Positions 36,183 through 43,839 of a stretch of DNA of 43,839 bases are shown one piece after another; positions within the stretch are counted from its first letter, which is position 1, and each line of letters starts with the position of its first letter. This DNA comes from Thermodesulfobacteriota bacterium (lineage in GTDB: Bacteria; Desulfobacterota_D; UBA1144; Nemesobacterales; N074bin48). Where the stretch lies: assembly GCA_041572575.1 (NCBI GenBank), contig JBFFSH010000016.1, forward strand, positions 1 to 43,839. Reading direction: 5' to 3'. The notes beneath the pieces are model-generated. The model did no database searches. It was not told the DNA's origin and was given only the letters and a program-made list of their open reading frames with translations. Position numbers and translations under genes: made by a program.

Positions 36183-38081
36183 ATGTCTATTAAATACGAT
36201 AAGATTCATGAGGTTATAGTAATTGGCGCAGGGCACGCGGGATGTGAAGCTGCGCTTGCTTCGGCTCGTATGGGATGTAAAACGCTCGTGCTTACGGCAA
36301 ACATTGACACCATTGGGCTTATGTCCTGTAACCCTTCTATAGGCGGCGTTGGTAAAGGGCACCTTGTAAAAGAAATTGATGCCCTTGGCGGCGAGATGGG
36401 AAAAGCAGCAGATGCCACAGCTATTCAGTTCAGAAGACTTAACACCAGAAAAGGCCCTGCTGTACAAGCTACAAGAACCCAGGCTGACAGAAGCCTCTAC
36501 AGACTCTACATGAGAAAAACCATGGAGTCTGAGCCTAATATGGACATAAAGCAGCGCATGGTTGAGGGGTTTATCGTAGAAGGGAACAAGATTGCCGGTG
36601 TAAGAACTAATATTGGTGAAGACTTTTATGCAGGCTGTGTTGTTGTAACCCCCGGAACTTTTCCTAATGGACTTATTCATATAGGAAAAACCCAGATAGT
36701 TTCAGGCAGAGCCGGAGAGCAATCTGCAACAGAAATTTCAAATGCTTTTGAACAGCTTGGGTTTAATGTAGGAAGGCTCAAGACTGGAACACCTCCAAGG
36801 CTTGACGGAAGGACAATTGATTGGCAGAGAACGGAGATACAGCCAGGCGATGAAAACCCCGTGCCTTTTTCACTCTCTACAAAATCAATAGACAGTAAAC
36901 AGCTTCCCTGTCATATCACTTATACAAACGAAAAGACTCATCAGGTAATAAGAGACAATCTGGATAAATCTCCTCTGTACTCTGGCTCAATTAAAGGTGT
37001 GGGCCCCAGGTACTGCCCATCTATTGAAGATAAGATTGTAAAATTTCCCGACAGAGAAAGGCATCAGATATTCTTAGAGCCCGAGGGATATGACACTTAT
37101 GAGATTTATCCAAACGGAATCTCAACAAGTCTGCCGTTAGAAGTCCAATATCAAATCGTAAGAACAATCGAGGGGCTTGAAAATGTAGAAATCATGAGAC
37201 CCGGATATGCGGTAGAGTATGATTTTTGCGATCCTACCCAGCTAAAAAACACATTTGAAACTAAGCTTGTAGAAAATCTTTTCTTTGCCGGACAGATAAA
37301 CGGCACAACCGGTTATGAAGAAGCCGGCGCTCAGGGGCTTATTGCCGGTATTAATGCAGCACTAAAAATAAAAGGTGAACCTGAACTTACTCTTGACCGC
37401 TCTGAGGCATATATTGGAATACTAATTGATGACCTTATCACAAAGGGTGTGGATGAACCGTACAGAATGTTCACTTCCAGGGCAGAGCACAGACTTATAT
37501 TGAGAGAAGATAATGCAGATATAAGACTGAGAGAAATAGGTTATAAGATTGGTCTTGTAAGTGAAGAAGATTTTGCAAAGTTTGAGGCCAAACAAAAAAG
37601 GGTAGAAGAAGAAATGACCAGGCTTCATGGTAAGAAAATTTATCCTACCCCTGAAGTTAATAATATTCTTGAAAAATTTAATTCATCTGCTCTTAAAAAA
37701 CCTCTTAGCTTAAGAGAAGTTTTAAAAAGACCAGAGATTTCATATAATGAACTTTCTTTTATCGATATTAATAGCGTTAAGATGACTAATTCTGATATCA
37801 GATCACAGATAGAGATGGAAATTAAGTATGAAGGCTACATAAAAAGAGAAAAAGAACAGGCTCTTAAATTTAGAAAGTTGGAAAACGTCACAATACCCCA
37901 TGACTTTACGTATGAAAATATTCCCGGGCTTTCCAATGAACTTGTACAAAAACTCTCCAGAGTAAAACCAAATTCCATTGGGCAGGCCTGTAGAATATCA
38001 GGCATAACTCCTGCAGCTATTTCTGTACTTATGGTTTACCTAAAAAAATCTGAGAGTGAACAAGCGGCTAGGATGGATTAA
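36183..38081 (+). CDS. mnmG: tRNA uridine-5-carboxymethylaminomethyl(34) synthesis enzyme
   Basis: GAGHAGCEAA, MSCNPSIGG, LKTGTPPR, GPRYCPSIEDK, AGQINGTTGYEEA, YRMFTSRAE. Confidence 0.98.
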   Translation: MSIKYDKIHEVIVIGAGHAGCEAALASARMGCKTLVLTANIDTIGLMSCNPSIGGVGKGHLVKEIDALGGEMGKAADATAIQFRRLNTRKGPAVQATRTQADRSLYRLYMRKTMESEPNMDIKQRMVEGFIVEGNKIAGVRTNIGEDFYAGCVVVTPGTFPNGLIHIGKTQIVSGRAGEQSATEISNAFEQLGFNVGRLKTGTPPRLDGRTIDWQRTEIQPGDENPVPFSLSTKSIDSKQLPCHITYTNEKTHQVIRDNLDKSPLYSGSIKGVGPRYCPSIEDKIVKFPDRERHQIFLEPEGYDTYEIYPNGISTSLPLEVQYQIVRTIEGLENVEIMRPGYAVEYDFCDPTQLKNTFETKLVENLFFAGQINGTTGYEEAGAQGLIAGINAALKIKGEPELTLDRSEAYIGILIDDLITKGVDEPYRMFTSRAEHRLILREDNADIRLREIGYKIGLVSEEDFAKFEAKQKRVEEEMTRLHGKKIYPTPEVNNILEKFNSSALKKPLSLREVLKRPEISYNELSFIDINSVKMTNSDIRSQIEMEIKYEGYIKREKEQALKFRKLENVTIPHDFTYENIPGLSNELVQKLSRVKPNSIGQACRISGITPAAISVLMVYLKKSESEQAARMD

Positions 38082-38245
38082 TAATCCTCATCCTCATTTT
38101 CCTCGTCATCTTCCTCTTCCAGCATGAGCTCTCTTTCAAGCTCCTCCATCATGTCTTCGTAGTCTCCACCGACGTATCCGGAATCATCAGGATTCTCTAA
38201 CATCTCAACTAAGTCTTTTACTTTCCTACGACTCTCCCTTGCCAT
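38078..38245 (-). CDS. 55 aa highly acidic small protein (not in the ORF track)
   Basis: AGGAGG SD; MARESRRKVKDLVEMLENPDDSGYVGGDYEDMMEELERELMLEEEDDEENEDEDY; stop overlaps the mnmG stop (TTAA). Confidence 0.75.
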   Translation of the reverse strand: MARESRRKVKDLVEMLENPDDSGYVGGDYEDMMEELERELMLEEEDDEENEDEDY

Positions 38246-38314
38246 AGGGCCTCCTGATAAGTGAATTTAAAAATTACCAAAAATATAATATTAGTTATTT
38301 TTAATTTCAAGTAA

Positions 38315-40555
38315 TTATTTTTTTTCTTTATAATTTTTTAATAATGACATCATCTTTTCTGAATCACTCGTGGGAAGATTACAGATATAGTTTTTGCAGA
38401 CATAAGCTGTGGCTTTGTCTTTAATCTGGATATGACTTTTACTATACGGTGCAATTTTATTAAGCTGCTCGGTATCATCAGCTACATTTTTAAATAATAC
38501 AACCTTGCTCGGGAAATACTCATTTCTGAGTGAATCAATCATTTTATTTGTATCAGCTTTACCGGGAGTTCCGACCAGTACTACCTCAAAAGAAGGTCCG
38601 AGAGCAAAATCAAGACCTGCCATAAACTGAGTAAACCCTGCAGGGCGTCTTGAAACATCTTCAAAAAATGCCTGTGAGAGTTCATGAGCTCTATCTTCAA
38701 GATCCGAATCTGCAGTGAGTTTGGCTAACTTTAACAGATTTAGTAAAAACACAGAGTTTGCTGATGGTATTGCGCCATCATAGATCTCTTTAGGCCTAAC
38801 TAAAAGCTGCTCTCCACCATCAGGAGTAAAATAAAAACCCCAACCCTTATCATCCCAAAATTTATCCAGGGCAAACTTGTTAAGCTCCACCGCTTCTTTT
38901 AAATAATCAATATCAAATGTAGTTTCATAGAGCTCAGTTAAACCCCAAATCATAAACGCATAATCATCTATCGTAGCATCTATCGCTGCGTCTCCAAGCC
39001 TGTATCTGTGAAGTAATCCCCCTTCGGGAGTTTTCATTTTAGATAGAATAAATTCTGCAGACATCTGCGCGGCTTTAGTATATTTATCATCATCAAAAGC
39101 CCTTGCTGCCTTTGCTAGAGCCGCAATCATAAGCCCGTTCCAGTCTGTAAGGATTTTATCATCTTTATATGGATGTATTCTTTTTTCTCTTATTTTAAAA
39201 AGCTTTTCTCTTGCACTTTCGAGTTTTCCGAGAAGTTCTTTTTCGGACTGTTTTATATCTACAGCATGCTGACTAATAGTTTTTTTAAGATGAAGGATAT
39301 TATCTCCTTCAATTTTGCCGCTTGCTTCATCTGCAAAATTACCTTTATCTGTTGCTTCAAATATTTGAGAAAAAAGCTCCCCCTGCTCCTTTCCTAAAAC
39401 CTTTATAAGCTCCTCTTTTTCCCAGACATAAAATTTTCCTTCTACCCCTTCGCTATCCGCATCTTCTGCCGAATAAAACCCTCCGTTGTCAGAGGTCATA
39501 TCCCTTAACACATATTCGAATATCTCCTTAGCTGTTTCTTTATAGAATTCATCCTTTGTTGCCTGGTAGGTTTCTACATAAGCCATAGCAATCATAGCCT
39601 GATCGTAAAGCATCTTTTCAAAATGAGGTACAAGCCACTCCGGGTCAGTTGAGTAGCGGTGAAATCCGTAGCCTATATGATCAAAAATCCCGCCCATTCT
39701 CATTTCCTTTAGCGTTTTTTCTACTATTGCAAGTGCTTTTTCGTTTCCCGTTCTCTTCCAGTATCTTAGCAAAAACAGGTTGTTGTGGGGTGATGGAAAT
39801 TTTGGAGCTCTGCCAAACCCTCCATGAATTGTATCAAACCCCTGCTCCAACTGTGAAAATGCAGTATCCAGAATTGAAACTTCATAACTCACGGTAGAAT
39901 CCAGAATTTTTGTGCTGGAATTCTGTTTTAGTGCAAATGTAATTTTGTCGGCTGATTTTACTAAATCTTCTCTTTGCTTTTTCCACATTTCGCCTACTTT
40001 GGGTACTAAATCCATCATACCCGCCCTTCCAAACCTGTTATGTTTTGGAATATACGTAGCTGCAAAAAAAGGTTTTTTATCTGGTGTCATTATAATATTT
40101 AGCGGCCAGCCGCAGCTTCCCTGTGAGAGCATATGGCAAACACTCATATATACGTTATCAATATCAGGACGTTCCTCCCGGTCTACTTTTACAGAAATAA
40201 ATACTTCATTCATAAGCTTTGCTACTTCTTCGTCTTCAAAAGACTCATGCTCCATCACATGGCACCAGTGGCATGTGGAATATCCAATAGAGAGCAAAAT
40301 GGGTTTGTCTTCTTTTTTAGCTTTATCAAATGCCTCCTTCCCCCATGGGTACCAGTCCACGGGGTTGTCTGCGTGCTGGAGCAGATATGGACTCTTTTCT
40401 TTACTAAGCCTGTTTTGTTTTCCCATTTTGTTTGTTTCAGCTCCTTTAACATTAGTTGGATTTATCACAACAAATACAGCAAATACAGCAGATAGAACCA
40501 TGCACGCAGCTGATCCAAAGTTACTTAACAATTTTTTTATTAAATGGTTTTTCAT
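38315..40555 (-). CDS. Thioredoxin domain-containing DUF255 (YyaL/SPATA20-like) protein
   Basis: [48 protein letters not shown]. Confidence 0.93.
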   Translation of the reverse strand: MKNHLIKKLLSNFGSAACMVLSAVFAVFVVINPTNVKGAETNKMGKQNRLSKEKSPYLLQHADNPVDWYPWGKEAFDKAKKEDKPILLSIGYSTCHWCHVMEHESFEDEEVAKLMNEVFISVKVDREERPDIDNVYMSVCHMLSQGSCGWPLNIIMTPDKKPFFAATYIPKHNRFGRAGMMDLVPKVGEMWKKQREDLVKSADKITFALKQNSSTKILDSTVSYEVSILDTAFSQLEQGFDTIHGGFGRAPKFPSPHNNLFLLRYWKRTGNEKALAIVEKTLKEMRMGGIFDHIGYGFHRYSTDPEWLVPHFEKMLYDQAMIAMAYVETYQATKDEFYKETAKEIFEYVLRDMTSDNGGFYSAEDADSEGVEGKFYVWEKEELIKVLGKEQGELFSQIFEATDKGNFADEASGKIEGDNILHLKKTISQHAVDIKQSEKELLGKLESAREKLFKIREKRIHPYKDDKILTDWNGLMIAALAKAARAFDDDKYTKAAQMSAEFILSKMKTPEGGLLHRYRLGDAAIDATIDDYAFMIWGLTELYETTFDIDYLKEAVELNKFALDKFWDDKGWGFYFTPDGGEQLLVRPKEIYDGAIPSANSVFLLNLLKLAKLTADSDLEDRAHELSQAFFEDVSRRPAGFTQFMAGLDFALGPSFEVVLVGTPGKADTNKMIDSLRNEYFPSKVVLFKNVADDTEQLNKIAPYSKSHIQIKDKATAYVCKNYICNLPTSDSEKMMSLLKNYKEKK

Positions 40556-40721
40556 TATAGATTACAGAACCTGCTTACGTACCGGTTAGTTTATCAAACC
40601 CTTTTAAGTATAATGTATATTAGTATATTTTAATAAATATTTTAGTTATTTGTGTGGAAACTGTATTCTTTATCCTAAACTTTGACTATATAGGTTAGTT
40701 CAGATAATTTAAGGCTTACTG

Positions 40722-41723
40722 ATGGGACTTACAGACATATTATCAATAATTTCAGACGATTTGAATAGGGTAGAGCAAGAGATAGACAAAAATATTCAGT
40801 CCCCTGCTCCTCTTGTTTATGAAATATCAAAGTATTTGCTCGAAGGCGGTGGCAAAAGAATACGGCCTGCAATTCTTCTTCTTTGCAGCGGCTCCCTGGG
40901 ACTTAAAAATGGAGCGCTTCAGGACGGATGGAAAAAGATTGCCTCTGCTGCTGCTATTGAGTTAATTCATACTGCATCCCTTCTTCATGATGACGTAGTT
41001 GATGAAGCTTCAGTCAGAAGGGGCAAGGAATCATCTAATGTGGTATGGGGTAACAAACCTACAGTTCTTGTGGGTGATTTTCTGTTATCAAAGGCTCTGG
41101 GGTTAATTCAATCCTGCGGAAATTTGGACCTCATCAAAGCAGTTACAGATGCTTCGGCCAAGCTTGCAGAAGGTCAGGTATTGGAAGTCATGAGCTCTGC
41201 AAGCATGATTGAGACTACTGAGGATGTTTGTTTTGGAATAATAGAAAACAAGACCGCTTCTCTTATTGAAAGCAGCGCAAGAGTAGGAGCGCTTCTTGCA
41301 ACGGATTCAGATGAAACAAATAAGGTAGATGCTGTAGGAAATTACGGACTCAACCTTGGTATAGCATTTCAGTTAGTTGACGACGCTCTTGACTATAGCT
41401 CCACTGAGCAGGAGTTTGGAAAGCAGGTAGGGCAGGATCTTGTTGAAGGAAAAATGACACTACCGCTCTATTATTCCATTCAGGACGCAACTAAAACAGA
41501 ACAGGAAAAGGTAAGCAGAATTCTTGGTAAAGACATTTTTGATGAACAGGAACTATCTTTTATCTTTGAAATTGTAAGCAAATACAAAGGTGTAGATAAA
41601 ACAAAGGACTCTGCAAAATCTTTTGTTAATAAAGCAAAAGAGTCATTAACTTATCTGCCTGTCAATGAATTTAATAAATCCCTGGATATGCTTGCTGATT
41701 TTGTTGTAGAGAGAACAAACTAA
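40722..41723 (+). CDS. Long-chain polyprenyl diphosphate synthase (IspB-like)
   Basis: GGKRIRP, LHDDVVD...RRG, FQLVDDALD, GKMTLP. Confidence 0.92.
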   Translation: MGLTDILSIISDDLNRVEQEIDKNIQSPAPLVYEISKYLLEGGGKRIRPAILLLCSGSLGLKNGALQDGWKKIASAAAIELIHTASLLHDDVVDEASVRRGKESSNVVWGNKPTVLVGDFLLSKALGLIQSCGNLDLIKAVTDASAKLAEGQVLEVMSSASMIETTEDVCFGIIENKTASLIESSARVGALLATDSDETNKVDAVGNYGLNLGIAFQLVDDALDYSSTEQEFGKQVGQDLVEGKMTLPLYYSIQDATKTEQEKVSRILGKDIFDEQELSFIFEIVSKYKGVDKTKDSAKSFVNKAKESLTYLPVNEFNKSLDMLADFVVERTN

Positions 41724-41749
41724 CTTCTAATGATCCTTCAATTATTAAA

Positions 41750-43360
41750 ATGAGTAAAAAGCCAAAAGAAAGAAGAGAATCATTTACCACACCCTCAGGA
41801 ATAGAGATTAACAGACTCTATGGTCCTGAAGACACTAAAAACATAGACTATGAAAGCGAGATAGGACAGCCCGGAAGCTATCCGTTTACTCGTGGAGTTC
41901 AGTCTACCATGTACCGCGGAAGGCTGTGGACAATGCGCCAGTACGCTGGCTTTGGTACTGCTGAAGAAACTAATGAAAGGTTTAAATATCTTCTGGATCA
42001 GGGACAGACGGGGCTTAGCGTAGCATTTGATCTTCCCACTCAGATGGGATATGACTCAGACGATGCTATAAGTAGGGGAGAAGTTGGAAAGGTAGGGGTA
42101 GCAATAGATTCACTTGAGGATATGGAAATCCTTTTTTCCGGCATTCCGCTCTCAGATGTAAGCACATCAATGACAATAAATTCTACAGCATCAATGCTCC
42201 TTGCGATGTATATGGTTGCAGCAGAAAAACAGGGAACAGGCCCGGAGCAGATTAAAGGCACTGTACAAAACGATCTGCTTAAAGAGTTTATTGCCAGAGG
42301 GACTTATGTTTTTCCTCCAGGCCCGTCTGTGAAAATCACAATAGACATCCTTGAGTACTGCCGGGATCATATACCAAGCTGGAATCCCATTAGTGTGAGT
42401 GGTTATCATATCAGAGAAGCCGGGTCTTCAGCAACACAGGAATCTGCCTTTATGCTTGCAGATGCAATAGAATATCTTGAAAATGCCAGGCAGAGAGGCC
42501 TGGATATTGAAAAAATAGCCGAAAGGGTTTCTTTTTTCTTTGCTGTTCATAATAACTTTTTAGAAGAGGTTGCAAAATTCCGAGCCACTAGAAGGCTATG
42601 GGCAAAAATCCTTAAAGACAGATTTAATGTAACAAACGAGCGAGCACAAAAGTTCAGGGTGCATTCTCAAACATCAGGCGTCACACTCACGGCACAGCAG
42701 CCAAAAAACAATATAATGAGAGTTACGATGCAGGCTCTTGCTTCTGTTCTTGGAGGTACACAGTCACTGCACACAAATTCTTATGATGAAGCCCTTGCTC
42801 TGCCATCAGAAGAAGCGGCCACTATTGCTCTTAGAACCCAACAGCTCATTGCACATGAAAGCGGTGTTGCAGACACAATAGACCCTCTGGCAGGCTCTTA
42901 TGCAGTTGAATCACTTACAAATGAAATTGAAGATAAAGTTTTAGAATACATTACAAAGATTGATTCAAAGGGCGGGATGATAAAGTGCATTGAAGACGGA
43001 TATATCAATCAGGAAATAGAAGAGGCTTCTTATAACTATCAACTTGAGGTCGAAAAGAAGGAAAGAATTATTGTAGGCGTTAATGACTACGTTGCAGATA
43101 ATGAGCAACCGGTTGATATTCTTAAAATTAATCCTGAAATAGAATCAATTAAGAAAAAGAAATTAAAAGACCTAAGGGAAAAAAGAGATAATAAGAAAGT
43201 TGCAAATGGTCTCGATGAGCTTGAAAATGCGGCAAGAAACAGCGAAAACCTTATGCCCTATATAGTTCAAGCTGTCAGGGACTATGCTACAATCGGAGAG
43301 ATGACAAGAGCATTAGAAAAGGTCTATTCTCGCTTTGGCAGGCAAAGTCAGGCTGTGTAA
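41750..43360 (+). CDS. Methylmalonyl-CoA mutase family, substrate-binding (large) subunit
   Basis: PGSYPFTRG, WTMRQYAGF, AFDLPTQMG, QNDLLKE, GGTQSLHTN. No B12-binding DxHxxG domain. Confidence 0.92.
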   Translation: MSKKPKERRESFTTPSGIEINRLYGPEDTKNIDYESEIGQPGSYPFTRGVQSTMYRGRLWTMRQYAGFGTAEETNERFKYLLDQGQTGLSVAFDLPTQMGYDSDDAISRGEVGKVGVAIDSLEDMEILFSGIPLSDVSTSMTINSTASMLLAMYMVAAEKQGTGPEQIKGTVQNDLLKEFIARGTYVFPPGPSVKITIDILEYCRDHIPSWNPISVSGYHIREAGSSATQESAFMLADAIEYLENARQRGLDIEKIAERVSFFFAVHNNFLEEVAKFRATRRLWAKILKDRFNVTNERAQKFRVHSQTSGVTLTAQQPKNNIMRVTMQALASVLGGTQSLHTNSYDEALALPSEEAATIALRTQQLIAHESGVADTIDPLAGSYAVESLTNEIEDKVLEYITKIDSKGGMIKCIEDGYINQEIEEASYNYQLEVEKKERIIVGVNDYVADNEQPVDILKINPEIESIKKKKLKDLREKRDNKKVANGLDELENAARNSENLMPYIVQAVRDYATIGEMTRALEKVYSRFGRQSQAV

Positions 43361-43369
43361 CCTATTGGT

Positions 43370-43813
43370 TTACCAATCATTATCATAATCCCCGCTTATA
43401 TCAAGCATCATAACAAGCGCGTCTTCTCCTGTGTCTGAGTAATATTTTTTTCTGGTTCTCAGAACCTCAAAGCCCATTTTTTCATAAAGATTTTGTGCAG
43501 CTATGTTACTTGTTCTCACTTCTAAAATAACTGTCATTGCCCCCTTTGGTCTAAAGTGAGCAATAGTGTATTCGATAAGCTTCCTGCCTATACCGCCTCG
43601 TCTATGCTCAGGATGTACAGCAACGTTTAGAATATGTATTTCATCATAAAGCATCCATGAAATAAGGTACCCCACTACTTTATCCTCTAATTTAAAGACC
43701 GAGTGAAATGAGCGCGGCTTCCCGATTTCCAGCTCAAAAATCCTCTTGTGCCATGGGGTAGGAAAACTGACTTTTTCTATCTCCATGATCTGAGAGATAT
43801 GATCTTTGTTCAT
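43370..43813 (-). CDS. rimI: Ribosomal protein S18 alanine N-acetyltransferase
   Basis: SFPTPW, HILNVAVHPEHRRGGIG, LEVRTSN...LYEKMGF...YY...EDALVM. Confidence 0.92.
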   Translation of the reverse strand: MNKDHISQIMEIEKVSFPTPWHKRIFELEIGKPRSFHSVFKLEDKVVGYLISWMLYDEIHILNVAVHPEHRRGGIGRKLIEYTIAHFRPKGAMTVILEVRTSNIAAQNLYEKMGFEVLRTRKKYYSDTGEDALVMMLDISGDYDNDW

Positions 43814-43839
43814 AGGCTCGATTTTATAGCTGCTACCAA

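Noticed and set aside
36165..40589. Long antisense ORFs (36165-36680, 39912-40589) and similar shadows such as 14752-15180, 17868-18386 and 25579-26106
   Set aside because: They lie opposite well-conserved genes and have no recognisable motifs.
213..43813. Full genetic code 4 or 25
   Set aside because: All conserved genes are intact under code 11 and use TGG for Trp. Several genes end at TGA at natural C-termini, including ATGA-coupled overlaps.
1..43839. CRISPR array, tRNA or rRNA
   Set aside because: No regularly spaced repeats or cloverleaf/rRNA-like segments were seen; the intergenic gaps are short and AT-rich.

Overview
AT-rich bacterial chromosomal window. The gene order and protein style suggest a Desulfobacterota/Deltaproteobacteria-like lineage, possibly Ca. 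Dadabacteria; this is inference only. Conserved blocks are mscL, class II ribonucleotide reductase nrdJ with tandem NrdR-like boxes, aroA-cmk-rpsA-sppA-HIT-lapA-like-lipA, rplM-rpsI-ino1, an SPL-like radical SAM gene, mnmG, DUF255 thioredoxin, polyprenyl synthase, the methylmalonyl-CoA mutase large subunit and rimI. Between them lie accessory stretches: a sulfatase-like membrane protein, a TPR-CHAT/TPR pair, a PD-(D/E)XK-like gene, and a ~9 kb run of small co-oriented genes with a ParE-type toxin-antitoxin pair between lipA and rplM. The most striking pattern is that four unrelated accessory genes are each interrupted by one in-frame TGA (8537, 16897, 26619, 32672) where the context favours Trp, and each frame continues coherently afterwards. 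Meanwhile none of the 19 conserved genes ends in TGA. This points to UGA read-through as Trp (leaky or incipient reassignment), or to biased pseudogenisation. Also notable are a frameshifted CHAT protease with intact catalytic motifs, a probable ATC start for ino1, and several small ORFs missing from the supplied track. No rRNA, tRNA, CRISPR array, integrase or transposase was recognised.
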